A stretch of DNA of 57,526 bases from NCBI GenBank assembly GCA_020536535.1, contig JAHLWZ010000893.1, forward strand, positions 1 to 57,526. Direction: 5' to 3'. The position numbers and the translations under genes were made by a program. Positions 1-13,200 of the stretch are shown piece by piece. Position 1 is the stretch's first letter. Every line of letters starts with the position of its first letter. The notes below the pieces were generated by a model. That model had not been told where the DNA came from and did not search any database. It saw only the letters and a program-made list of their open reading frames with translations. This stretch comes from Pelomyxa schiedti. Its lineage: Eukaryota; Protista; Evosea.

Positions 1-127
1 TCTCCAAGTCAGTGCCAGTGCCAGGGAGTTTGAGTTTTTTGGCGGGGGACAGAACTGTCCCACCGCCCTCCCCCGAGTCTATGCTTCCTTCCGCGAGGTG
101 CAATAGTCTTTCTTCCACTGGCGACAT
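1..127 (-). CDS. 5' end of a hypothetical gene running off the left edge
   Basis: An ATG at 127 (minus) opens a frame to the window edge: MSPVEERLLHLAEGSIDSGEGGGTVLSPAKKLKLPGTGTDLE. It contains an NLS-like PAKKLK. No family recognised. Confidence 0.35.
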   Translation of the reverse strand, partial: MSPVEERLLHLAEGSIDSGEGGGTVLSPAKKLKLPGTGTDLE

Positions 128-1509
128 TGTCACTTCGAAGGATCTTGGAAATAGTTACGCAGCACGCAGGTTGGTGTGTTTTCGACGAGGAGTTTGTGTT
201 TGCGTTACGGGGGTTGGGTTGGTGTTGGGTTTGTGTTGCGTACCGGGTTGTTTGCCGCGACGCGTGTCAGCCGGGGCGATTAATTTGTAAAAAAATGAAA
301 GAAGTGGATCTGCCCTTTAAAAGCCATTATTACAATTATAATTTTGGAAAGCAATTGCGCAACTGTTAAGACTTTTGAGAGATCTCAATGGAGTGTTTCT
401 AAAAATCTATTTTAGCGTAAGATGCCACATTGAAAAAAACGGAAGCATGTTCTGTCTACCACGGAGATTGGTTGTTTTGTTGTGTGCGCAGCAATTCATT
501 TTGTACAATCAAAAAAAAAAAAAGACAATCATACGGTCGGTGTCAATGTGGGTTTTGCCAGCAGACTGTGATGTATTGCGTTGTGTGTGCAACTTGTAAC
601 ACTGACTGAAGATCCGATCTTGTGGTCGTGGGCGACGTGTGTGCGGTTTGGAAAATCCAAAATCTCGCCGAACGGAACGGAACAGTACGTTCGACCAACA
701 AACTTGTGCTTGCTTTTCTCGTGTGTAATCGCATCGTGTGTGCCGACAAGAGGTGGAGGAGGATAATATTATCACGGTGCCTATAGGGTGGTCTGGGCAA
801 TCATCACGTAACGACGGTGTGTTTTGTTCTGTTAAACTCTGTTCTTCTCCTAACATCACACTCGAAAAAGGGGAAGGTCCGGAGAAGCAAACGAATAGCT
901 GGGCCAAACACACTTCGGTTGTCAGTAGGCCCTGATTATCACAAAATCCACCTTTCTTGTTCAGTTTCGCACGAACACCCACCTGAAGCATCCCATAATG
1001 CATCACACAGGAGTTTCTTTGTTTTTATCAAGGTGCCTGTGGAAGAGAATATTACCCTCGCCATCGGATGGCGTTGTGAATTGATACTTTGGGGTAACTC
1101 GTATGATACTTCTCAACAAAAATGGGGAGCCGCTGATGCACCAAAGTGGAATCAAGGCAAAAATGATACCAAGCACAATGAGTGGGTCCGACACCCTCCG
1201 AGGGTATGACAAATTAAGCTAAATTTTTTTGTTGTTACAATCAATGGTTGGTTGTGTGTGGCCTTGGGCAACCGGCGGCCGGGTTATTAGCTCCAAATCC
1301 CCCCAAGACACTTTGTGTGTTGTTGGTCCTGTTTTTCTTTCCTTCAACAAACGGGTGCTGCAAAGAAACTTCTAAATGTAAAAGCACGTACCAGTGTTTA
1401 CCACTTGATGAAATAGAAAACATTTGTTATGTCCTCGTGTTGGTATGGTTGTATTTGTATCCATTTCCTAACTGCTTAGTTCTGGCTGCCCTGGCTGAGA
1501 AAACAAGGC

Positions 1510-2364
1510 TTAGGATATTTTGATGTCACTCATCAGCTGCCGGAATTCGTCCAGGTTCAGCTCCCTCCTGGTTCCAGAGAACCACTTTGCGCACACGGAC
1601 TCGATGCAGCGCTTGAGAGCCTCGTCGTCGCGCTCGACCTCGTCGGGGTCGCCGCCGTCGACCATCACTGACAGACGTCCTACAGCTCGCATTATGCGAA
1701 CGACGCCGTGCCTGATTTCGTTGGCGTCGAGCGTTCCGCTGCGGTCAATGTCTAGAAGCTCAAACATAATTTCATCTAGGTGCTAGAAAAAGGGTGGTGG
1801 GAAAGGAAAGGGTAGGAAAGGAAGAGGTGAAGTGGAGATTAGGAAAAAAAAATGGAAGAAGAAAGAATAGAGGGTGGGCATACGTTCCCTCTCTCCAAGT
1901 CTTGGAAGAAGGCCAGCCATAGAATTACTTCGCGCATGCTGATGCCTGTCCAAGAGTAAGAAGGAATGACCTTCGTGTAGCTATACCATTGCTCTCATCA
2001 ACGTCCATAAGCTTGAATAAATTTTCCATTACATCAGCTTGGTCTGATACCAATTCCCTCACAACCTCCTACGCGATCAAGTCAAAATGAATACGTGCTT
2101 TCGCAAACGGTTTTGTTGTTGTTAATTAAAAAAGAAAACTTACAATTTTGGATTCCATTCCACGCATCACGGACTTGAACTCCTCCAAGTTGAGTTCTTG
2201 TGTCAATGTCTTTCCCTACATTTCTTGTCAACAAGAATTCACCAGGATATTTAAGAACAAAAAAAAAAATTAGTTTTTACCAGCCTAGAGAATTGTTGTT
2301 GGATGATATGGAGTTCCTCTTTTGTGAGGAACACGTGAATCGCCTTGGCACGTCCGGTAGCCAT
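1510..2364 (-). CDS. EF-hand Ca2+-binding protein (calcineurin B / NCS-like), spliced
   Basis: Spliced model MATGRAKAIHVFLTKEELHIIQQQFSRL|GKTLTQELNLEEFKSVM...LFKLMDVDESNG...MFELLDIDRSGTLDANEI...ELNLDEFRQLM. It has DxDxSG EF loops and GT-AG introns. Confidence 0.8.
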
Positions 2365-2570
2365 CAAAAACGAATCCTCGAGGTTTTGTTGTTTTACGTT
2401 TTGGTTGCTGTTCCACGAAATCTCTCCTTCTGCGCAGGGTGACCCTTCAAAGAGCACTTCCTCAGGAAGCAACACTGTGGGCACAGTGTTGCTTTATACT
2501 AGCAACAGAACCCGATCATTTAATTCCAGGGAAGAGCAAAGCCAAGGGTTTCCGTCATTTCGACGAAAAC

Positions 2571-3345
2571 ATGACTGAAGTTGAGGTGAAGATACGATTG
2601 CCATCGGTTGAGGCTCACGACCGAGTCCTCAGTTTGTTGGGTCCCGCAAAATTCTCGTATCTACAGAGAAATGTGAGTCTTCGTTACAATTGGGGTTTTT
2701 TTAATGGCGTTTTCTTTCTGTAAAGGTGTTTTTCGACGGGCTCAATGGTGAGTTGGGATCCAAAAGGGCCGTTTTAAGACTAAGATTTTACGACTTGTCT
2801 GGCGAACCGTACTGCCTGATAACTGTAAAAGGTTAAGTTACATTACTGGCTGTATATTTATATAACCCGAGTAGAGGACAACAAACTTGTTGATGGTATT
2901 AGCCGAAGTGGTGAGACCGAGGAGCACATTGACTTTGGGGAGGGTCTGACCATTGTGGCAAATCCTGCACTCATCATGACTACATCCAACAATCTTCTCA
3001 CTTTGATACGCCAAAAGTACAATTGCACATCCTTCAAGTATGCTAATCCTTTTGTTACCAGTGGATCACACATCCAACACAGCTACTAGTGTCTAAAATA
3101 CATTACTTTGTAGGTGCCTTGGGGAATTCAACAATATGAGGCATGTTATAAACTGGGAAGACCACAAAATTGAGCTGGATGAAACAAGGTTTGCTTTTGG
3201 AAAGACCTGGGAAATAGAGGTTGAATCCACGATTCCTGAAGTGATTAAAGCAAAGTTGGAAGCTTTTCTGACACAGAACACAATCCCCTACAGCTACAGC
3301 AAGAAGACCAAATTTGCCAACTTCATCACAAACTCAATAGACTAA
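2571..3345 (+). CDS. CYTH domain / triphosphate tunnel metalloenzyme (TTM3-like), 3 introns
   Basis: N-terminal ExExK motif (MTEVEVKIRL), then QRN|VFFDG, LRLRFY, GEFNNMRHV, IELDETRF, WEIEVES and C-terminal SKKTKFANF. Confidence 0.9.
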
Positions 3346-5439
3346 ACATATTTGCAAGCCCAATTAAAAAACCTTTTTGCTCCAGAGAGTTTTTTTCAAC
3401 TCGTGTTGACAACAGACCGACAGTGAGGGGGAAAAAAAAAAAACAAAAAGTGTGAACGAGGCCGGAGATCATTCCAGGGAGCACCGGTAAGCCCATCGCC
3501 ACCAGGCACCACGTCCAGACCAGAAGCGGCCCCAGGTTCCAGCCCTCAGAATCCGCAGGAGCGACAAGATCCTGCGGACTAACTCCGAAGGCCTTTCCCA
3601 GGGGCGTTTCCCGAAAAGGACCACGTGCGTGTCGGGTCTCGAGCCTTTCGGGGTGAAGCTTTTCGTCGCCCGGGGGGCCAGGCTACCGACGTGGGTCTGA
3701 AAGTAACGGCACGAAGAGGCTTGCATTCGTGTTTGTTGCCCATGTTCCCACCGGCGGCAATCGCCCTCGGTTCCAGATTGTCAACAGCCCGAGGAGGTTC
3801 TGGCCCTGCAGCTTTGGGGTTCTCTTTTTCATCCCTCTGTTTATTTCCAACCTCACTCGCACAAATTTTACACCCTCATCCCGCTCCTTTTAGACGCCTA
3901 GATTTCCCTAACACCGGGCTTATGGGTCCGGTTTTTTGGTTTTTAAAGGAAATCAGACTCCGATCTGCGTTGTGGCCTGTATTTGTGTTGTTGCTGTGTG
4001 GGCTGTTACCGCGCGGCGGTGGTACTTTTTAGTGGTGGTGGCTGGTTTCTGTGGCGTTGGTGTGTTGTGTGGTGGGGGGTTGTTGATTTGGATTTAGTGG
4101 GTGGTGACTGGGTAGTTTCGGAAGAAGCAGCGGTACTCGCGCGGTACGGCCGGGTGTGGCGTGTGGATTTGCTCGACACACCCCATAATCATGTGTGGTT
4201 GCCAGCCGCAGTGGTTTTTTTTGATTTGTTGTCGACACTTTGGCATCGCAGTGCGGATTCAAGCGGCGGGTAATTCACACGATTATGGCTGCCTCTTTAA
4301 GAATGCAATCCCACAAATTCTTCTCTGGTTGTTATGAGTGGTCATTTGATTTTATTTTTTTTTTTTGTATCCAAACTAGCAGGTGTCACCACCTTCTAGA
4401 ATACCCCATCACTGACCACAAAGACTACGGGGGTGTGGAACTGTGTTGCATCATGGCGAGTGCCTTAAGTTACGGTTGTAATTTTAGCTTCCTTCTTCCC
4501 CACTCACCGCGTAAGTAGAATTGGGGCCACGGAACATGCGCCGAAGTTCATCACGCATGCATGTTCCTGACAATGCCGTTCTCTGTGTGGTACACAAGGT
4601 TTTTATTGGGAAAGAAGCCACTTCTTTATAGGTTTCCCCTCTTCCAGAAGCAACATTAACGTTACCTTAGGTTCTCCATTTCCGAAAGCCACACAAGATA
4701 CCCGCATCATGAAATCAGCGCCTACCTTAGGTACTCACAGAGCTGCCACATTGAATAGATTTCTGAGACTCACAAAAGATAATCACATCACGAGAAATCA
4801 CCCTAACTACACAATTTCAAAGTAGCCAGCATCGAAACCGGTTTTCGGCACCCCTTCAGCTCTAATGATACCCTGAATGGAGTTGCCCATCCACCCTTTT
4901 GGAAAATGCTGTGTGACTTCACCTGAGTGTGGCAACATGGTTATATCCTCTGACAGTTCGCAACACCGCTGTTCTCTTGTGTCTCTGGCCAGACTCGCGG
5001 TTAAATCTTAGTCACTGTTCTTGGTGTCCGTCTTCCTTCGACTCTACCTTCAGTACTTTTCAGGAACTACATGACGAACTATGTAGCTCTGATTACCGGT
5101 ACGAAAATAAAGCCGTTTTCTTCTTTATTTTATATGCAAATCAGGTTTGGAACTCCGGAAGCAATCAAACCCTAGCTTACCGGTCGACCTTGAATCCTTC
5201 ACCGGACCCACAGACTCCATTGTGCTTAAACCTTCAGCCATACGATGATGAGATAGGCCTTGCCCTCTACCTGCTTCACACCTCTTGTGATTGTTTTTTT
5301 TTTTTTTTGGAAAACAAATTACCTCCCGAATCTCAAATCCACACCTGAAACAGGTTACCTCTCTAGCCTTCGTGTTGCACCTTTCATTGTTGGAAGAAAC
5401 ACCCAGCCACCCAATCACGATCATTTCCTGGAACAAGTT

Positions 5440-8400
5440 ATGATGACTAGCACAGCGGCGGCGAATCGGTACGACCACCACGAGGCCGCCGTGTGGCCGA
5501 CGACTGCGAGCACCGCAGTGTCCCTCTCCCCCTCTTCCTCCTCATCCCCGTCATCATCATCCTCGTGCGACCCCATCGACGCCACGTTCGGCGCCCCCGC
5601 GTTCGACGCGGACCAGTACTTGGCCGAGAGGCTCCGCCTCCCCTCTTCCTCCTCCTCCCTCGCCTCTTTATCCCCTTTGGCCTCAGGAGGGAGCACGGGG
5701 GGGGCAGCGGCGACTACTACTACTACGACTACGCTGGAGGCGCTGGCGAGCGAGCTCAGGGGCGCGGAGGCGGCGAGGGCGGGGGAGCTGGTGGACGTGA
5801 TCAACGAGCACTACCGCGACTTTGTCAACGTGAGCAGGTGCCTCGGGGGCGTTGGGGAGGTCCTGGGGAAACTGAAGGAGCCCCTGTCCCAGTTCAGGGC
5901 ATTGTTGGCGGTGTGTGCTTGTTTGTTTGTGTGTGATGCACGGGGTGTTCTTCTATTTGTTCTTCTTCATTATTCGTTATCGGATTGTAATTTTATTTGA
6001 TTAAAATTGATTGTAGTTTACGCTTTTAATTCCCACTTGGGTTTGTTGCAAAATTGTGTTGTGTCTGGAACTAAACCAAGCCAACCTGAACAACAATACG
6101 ATAAAAAAAAAAAAAAAAAAAACAGAATTGGGACACAGACCTGGAATTGGCTGTGGCTGAAACTATGGCCTTGGCACAGCAACAAAAGCAGCAGGAAGAT
6201 CAGCGCCGTTCCCAAATGACAACGCGTGAATTTGATGACTGCTGCGCAATATTTGATTCATATTTGGCCCCAGAGGTTTTTCACTTGCCCCTACTGGGAA
6301 AATTTTTATGGTTACCTGTACTGCAGGCTTTTGGAGAACAGGCTGGCAGCAAGCCACTTCCGTCTGCATCTGAGCTAGATTTAATGTCCCACCAGTTAAC
6401 AAAGTTACTTGTCTGGTCGTCATACCCTGAATATGAATTCAGTGCTCCACAACGAGGTTCTCTTCTACCTCACTCACCTCAAATGACATGCATCAGTAAA
6501 GATTGCAGCCATGCGTAAAATGCTGCGAGATCATTTATCAAAGGCGTTTATTTCATCGCTTCAAAGCCGTGACAAGGCCAGCCTGTCTTCAATTCTTTCT
6601 GCCTTTTCTGCCATGCCCACACACAAGCGAAAAAGTACTTCGGATCGTTCTAAAATATCCAAACCTATTAATACATGGTGTAAGGATATTGTTGCGCCAT
6701 TTTTATCCAAGGTGAGTTCCTTTAAATTTCATCTTGTTAATTCTTCTGGACAGTAGACTGTAAATACATCATCTTTGGAGAAGGGTGTGAGAGCATCTTG
6801 TAATGGGCTTGGTGATATCTATCAATCCATATCCACCTGGCTCCGAAGTGCATTAGGGTATATCGTTTGCGTATCTCTTAGCACTGAAATCAATGTAGCC
6901 TAATTCTCGAGGCGGCCAGTCCGCATCTTGGATTTGAATTTTTGGTTTGGACTTGGAACAGTATAGCCACATCTCTCGAAGCATTCCCTTCTATTTTTGC
7001 GGTTGGCTTTGCTGATTCATTTTTCAAGGTAAGAATGCATTCTTAATAATGCCTTCGTCTGACCTAACTAAGAGATACACACTCACTATGCAATTTGTCA
7101 CCTCCCTGGAGGAATTATGCAGAAACTCAGCAGAATTGAACCGGTTTAGGCAACAAGAGACAATGACACAATTCATTCGCAAATGGAACACCAAAGTTTA
7201 TTTCCAGCAAAGGTTAGTATCCTAATACACTTTAAGGTACTAATCCAAACCAGAATGCAGGAAATATCACTGCAAGTAGAACCTATTCTCAGCACATCCT
7301 CCGCATTTCAGCAAGTTACTAACCCCATCTCAGGTAGGGTTCAAAAATTCTTACTTTTTTGTAAATGGATGCAGGATTAGTGTGTAAATCTTCAATAGCC
7401 ATTTTTGAGTCTGTGCAAACCTGCTGGTCCCCAACTGTTTATATACCAGAGCTACTTCCTTCATTTTTGAGGCTAACACTGCAACTTCTAGCACGATATC
7501 AACGTTGCGCAGCTGATGCTGTTGCTGCATTGTCGTCCTCTTCCAAGCCCGCAGTATGACACCTGTGGTAGATTTCATTTTTTGTTACTTATTTTACCAA
7601 TTTCAGGAGGGCGTATCAACCACAGCCACAAGTATGCCACAACCCCCAAAACAAGTACTGGAAGTATGGAGTTCCGCAACCTGCACAGACTTTGTTGCTT
7701 TATACAAAGACCTTGGATCAATTGTGTGCCAGGTAGAAGGCAGTTGTCACCTTACCCATCTGACCTTTATCAGATAGAGTCCCATTTCCGCCTATTAATA
7801 GAAAAGAGTGTAAATGACTCTTACAAAAATGTCATGTCAGGAGTGCTTCCACTTATTTCCAGTATTATTAGTAAAATGAAAAATGGGTCTAATGCTCTTT
7901 AAGGCGCTCTCTCTGATTCCACAGCACAACTCAGCGAAATTCAACGGCAACTAAGTGAAGCAGTCACCCAAAGCGTCACTTCGAAGTGCATGGAACTACT
8001 TCAACCAATGAAGGGAACAATGGCTGCCTTTCGAAGTACAGGGAAACCACCACCCACTTGTCCCGCACCGCATTCCTCCACTATATTGAATCCAGTAGTG
8101 ACACTACGGACCGCTGCTGTTTCCTTTTCAATCCCAGCAGAGGTAGAGCAGAACTGGGTGGTTACAGTTGTTACTGCTGTCACCGAGAAGTACCATTCCT
8201 TTGTAAACATGAAAACCTTTTACTTTGGTCAGGAGTTACGAAATATGCCGAGATCTGATTATGAATGTCAATAGAACTGATGATATGCTGAGGAAGTACA
8301 ACAAAAGTTATACCCAGTCTAGTGTCATTTCCGATACCGACAAATTCCTAATTCAATTATTTTTGGATGTAAAAGTTAGTCTCTATCTTTTTTATCTGTC

Positions 8401-8603
8401 ATATCACATACATCACTTTCAGGAAATCGGCAGGCTCATTGACAACTTGCATGTACCATGCCTGGACTCTAATTCCTTTGAGCCGTATCTCCGCCTTAAG
8501 ACTAGTGTTCTTCAAGGGGAAACTCTACAGTACGTACCCGTAATTCTAAGTCCACTTCTAACACAAAAACAGTATGCAACAACTTTCAAAAGGCAAACCA
8601 TAG
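5440..8603 (+). CDS. COG2: Conserved oligomeric Golgi complex subunit 2, multi-exon
   Basis: The N-terminus FDADQYL...LEALASEL...ELVDVINEHYRDFVNVSRCLGG is the COG2 signature. Later exons give FIRKWNTKVYFQQRMQEI, CWSPTVYIPELLPSFLRLTLQLLARY and SDTDKFLIQLFLDV. Confidence 0.88.
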
Positions 8604-8654
8604 GCACGGAATGCCTTTGTTTGAGTAGGGAATAAAAAAGCCCAAGTATTTTAG

Positions 8655-9909
8655 TCAAAATTTGTTTTTATTTTTCTTGGGGTTTGAGGCTTCCCACTTC
8701 ACATCTGCCTTAAATTCTTCTGCTGCCTTGTCGAAATTGTACTCCGTCATTTCCAAATAATATGTAGCCTCTTGCTGTGTGACAGCAAATTGTAGCATAA
8801 ATCTTTTTCTCTGTGCAATGCGTGGATCCTCAATCAACACAGGTGCGCGAGGTGGAGGAACAGGCCCGTTCCCATTTCTGGGTATCATCAATGTTTTAAG
8901 GTGGAAAATGTCCCTGTTTGGCAATCTGTTGGCTCGTTGTATGGCACCAGCCTGTGCATATTATTTCAGAAAATTACTAAATACTGACGGCTCATACAGT
9001 TACAGAGTATCTTACAGCCAAGCCTTCCAGAGTATCAGATGGCAGTACAGTGTGGGCAATATACTCATCGGTAGTAGTTGGTGGTGGCGGAATTAAGGAG
9101 GGAGTTGTAGGGGAAGTGGGTGTTGCTGTTTTGGTGGAAGCTGCCTGCTCTTGTGCACGCTGCATTATGGCGCCCTGACTATCGAAGGGGAATGATGACA
9201 TAATATTTGTGTAGGCTGTGTCTTCCAAGTGGGTGTCTGTAAAGCTGTTAAAAAGAGATCAAGTGCTGTAAAGGCAACCAGCAACTCGGCAGCCTCGGCA
9301 ATTTCGGTCAGTGGCGTCAGCTTTGAGGACTTTTATTTTCGCCATTGGGTGGTCAACAAAGAAGTTGAATTCGTCGCCGTATCTGTTCGTTTGTTACAAG
9401 TTTATACGAATAGAGGTTAATTGCCTGCAGCAAGTCCAGCCGACCATAGTGCCTTGCATACATGACTTGGGCTCCACGAATTGCCCAGGGTGGTAAAAGC
9501 AAGTCAAATCCTTGTCGCCAAGGCTGTAATACTGATGGCATCTCACGCAACGTCGCCTGGTGTTAAGCCGTTCTTCCTCGGTCATCTGCGAAGTGCTGGC
9601 AGGGGTCGTTGGGTTAAGAAGTGGAAGGGGCCCAGATCCGTCCGTGCCGGTGTTTCCTCCCACAGCGTAAACGACCTGCACCGTATCTGGTGTCTGAATA
9701 GAAGATCCATCCGGAGTGAGACGAGAAGGCATGACTAAGGGCGTAACGATCTGGTACGTAGGGTGGTTTGCGTCCACAAAAAACGGCGGTTGCTGGACCA
9801 GCGGTCCCGTAGGGAGAGATCCATAGCCTCCCTTCATCTCCACAAAAGTAGGTGCTTCCTCCAGCGGGGAATACGGAAATGCCACCAACGGTGCCGTGTT
9901 ATGTGCCAT
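8655..9909 (-). CDS. CHORD/BTK-like zinc-binding domain + LysM + C-terminal UBA-like domain protein
   Basis: Zn motif CVRC-x12-CFYHPG...GWTCC...GC-x5-H. LysM: HTVLPSDTLEGLAVRYSVT|AGAIQRANRL...LKTLMIP. UBA-like: FMLQFAVTQQEATYYLEMTEYNFDKAAEEF. Three introns, one of them GC-AG. Confidence 0.75.
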
Positions 9910-10222
9910 GTGTGCTGTGTTGTTATTTGTTTTGTTTGTGAAAATCGAAGCACAGGAGATCTCTTTTTGTTGCGTTCTACAGGAATTTTGGAATTGGCTA
10001 GAAGCAACACGAAACAGAGGCGTTCGTTCCCTGCTCGTGGGGAGAAAAATTGGCTTTGGCAGTAGTTCCCTGCGCCCAATGCTTGGCAATCACAGAACTG
10101 GATCTTCTTCACTGGAGAAAAAACAGAAAACATAAAAAATTATAAATAATAAGAACGAGACAGCAACAGCAGTTAGTTGTGAGAAAACAAACGCAAAGTC
10201 GACGATAAACGATATAGAGAAA

Positions 10223-13200
10223 ATGACTACAACACCTTCTCGTGTTCAATACACCCGCGACCAGCTGGAGGCAATGAACACTTATAACAACAACCCAGAC
10301 CCTAGCGGGGAGATACAACTCCTAACTTCTGAAATGCAACGACAACTTGACTTGGCTCTGGAGGCATTTGCTGAAGCACAAAGCAATGCAAAAAAAATTG
10401 CCTTTGAAGCGGCCGCCACCGCCATGGCTTCTAGCGGTTAGCTTCATGAGAATTTGTAACTTACCTTAACTAACTCGTGCCAGGAGGGACATCTGGTCTC
10501 CTACCGTCTCCTGAGGCGACTCAATCTTCCACCACAAACTCGGATGCAGATAACAATCGCGGCTCTGCACCACGTTCTCGTTACGCATCGCCCCCACAGG
10601 GATCTGGTGGTCCACCAATGGGAATGGGACGTGGAGGAACCCATTTCACACATTACGAACAAACACGACCAGAGCGAGGGGCGGGGCGTGCCTGGCCCAC
10701 CAGAGATCATTACTCTAGAGAAGACTATGGTAATTATCTATCCTTACCACCTTTTCCTCCTTATGTTTTTAAGACCGTGTTAAACCACCACCATATGTTG
10801 GCTCTACTTCATCTGCACCACCTTACCACAATAATTCCTGGAGACGACCCTGGAGAACGGATGGCACAGGGCAAGAACCTAGTGTTCCTACTTCTCCAAA
10901 TTCTAGCTCAATTGTAGATAGCAGTGATATACAACTCAGGCCTCACAGGGCAATAAACGGGGTGGCATCTCCACCGCTAGATGACCTTCAACGTAAACCA
11001 CGTGCTGCGACTGATTCAGAGAAAAAGACTGGAGATTGGGAATCGACAGATGGAAGAGTGGAAAACGGACCCAATACAAGGAGATGGGAGTATCCGTCAT
11101 CAAGCAGTGATGGAGAAAGAGAGAGAAAAGAGAGAGAGGCCAGAGACTTGGAAGAAAGGGAGAAAAGAGAAAGAAAGGAAAGAGAAGACTGGGAACGAAC
11201 TGAGCGTGCTCGCATCAAACAAAAAGTTGAGGAAGAAATGCAAGAAAGTGTGCAAAAGTTATTGCTCCAAGAGAAAGAAAAGTTGGAAGCCGAAATGCAA
11301 CAGAGAGAAGCGGAGTTACGAAAAATGCAAGAAGATATTGAAAAACAAAAGATCTTGGCTGAAGAAAATCTTAAAGTACAGATGATGAAGCAAAGGGAGG
11401 AGGCCGAGAGAGTAGAACGAGAGAGGATAGAAAAGGAGAGAGCAGAGAAGGAAATCATCGAGATAATTGAACGGGAGAGAAATGAGCAAGAAACGAGAGA
11501 AAGATTGGAACAGGAGCGAAGAGACACTGAGGAGATGGAGGAAAGAGACAGAATTGCGATAGAGAGACAGATGCAGCAAATGCATTATCAACAACAACAG
11601 CAGTTCATGATGCACCAGCACCAACAACAGCTACAGCATCAACAAGCTCAGCAACGTCAGATGCAACAACAACAGTTCCAACATCAACACTTACAACAAC
11701 AGCAATTACATCACCAGCAGTTACAGCAACAGCAACAGGAACTGCAGCGCCAGCAACAACAGGAACTGCAGCGCCAGCAACAGCAACAGCAACAAAACTA
11801 TTTTAGACGTATTCACTCTCCCCCTCCCCCAGTGCAAATTCCCAATGAAATCATGGGCTTAATTTCCCCCACAGAAAATACAGGTAAGTAAGTCATCTTT
11901 ACAAGATTCCTTACCTGTTTATAGCCATGTATAATGCCACTCAACCACAAGCCCCCAATCACATGGCCACTTACCCCAGTCAGTACCCTCCATATTCCCC
12001 TCCCCGTTCTGAGAAATCAGAATATGTATTTAGCGACTATTACTCTATGTTTTGCTGATAACAATCACCTAGAATCAGCCACTCACCTCGTGGGTTCCAG
12101 ACCCCGCTATTACTTTGATGTCCGGACCAGTATATATATTTACTTCTTTACTTTTCTTCCAATAGTGTGATCAGAAACTTGATTCCTTCACTCCAACATG
12201 GCCCATGCAGTCTGTCCAGCAGCCACAGCAAAATTTGTATTCCATGCAACCTCCAAGGTAACCACAATTCTTTTAGAACAATTTTTAAATTCAAATTAGG
12301 CCAAAGGATGAAGGAATCACGCCGGCGCTGGCGCAAATTCTCAATACTCCCAGTAGGTCCTTGGCTTTTCAGCTCCAACTCACATCAATTCAGTTGATAA
12401 CTCTGGTGGTTACTATAACCAGACTGAAAACGCGGGACAACCAGCGCCGCCACACCCGCGATTTACTGTTCAAGTCATTAGGCCACCTCAAGCAGTTCGC
12501 AATTATAACACAGTTACAGAAGAGGATAGAGAAGACCAACAGAGACGGTTTATTAACATTTCCATGCGGCTTCTTACATAGTTAGGCAAGCGCAGAGAGA
12601 TGCAGCCATTCGATTGATTCAGCAACAGCAACAACGTGAAGCAGAACGTGAAGCAGAACGAGAAGCAGCGGCGGCTGAGGCTGCATCCTATGGCGGCTCA
12701 GTTGCTTGGAGTGCACATGAGTCACCCCTTCTAAGAGGCATTATGGTAACAGTGACTTCGATTTTCTTTTTTACCAATTGAGCTGAAGGAACGAAAATCG
12801 AAAGACCTTGCCAGAGATTACTCTCCAAATAACACTGTACCATTAGAGTACAGTGAACCCTCCGAATCTCCCTCTACATGGGTGTGTTGCAGGAGTTATG
12901 CCTTTTTGTTTTAATGGATCCAGGGAAAACCACCAAGTTCTGCCCCAAATAAAACGACTGAGGATGATCCTAGGAAAAAACCCAAACCCAAAGTCGATGT
13001 GACAGTCCAGGTTGCTGTGACCATCCCAAAAATTATACTAAATTCAAATTCCCAGAAAAAGATCACCTCTCCAACAGCCCCTACCAAAAAAAAATCTGAA
13101 AAACCAGGAGGTGAAATGGATGCAGTTAAACCCTCTGCCAGGTAATCTTAATAAGAACTTAATTATCCTACCAACCATGATATATCCCAGTGAACCGGAC

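Noticed and set aside
3455-3800. Assignment as RNase MRP/P, SRP, U3 or an HDV-like ribozyme
   Set aside because: Only fragmentary motif resemblances are present (GGGAAACGCCCC, GATCATTCC, CCTCCTCG). The required pairings and spacing do not form.
4885-4930. HPPFW as a DNA methyltransferase motif IV
   Set aside because: It lies in a short closed frame with no accompanying SAM-binding motif.
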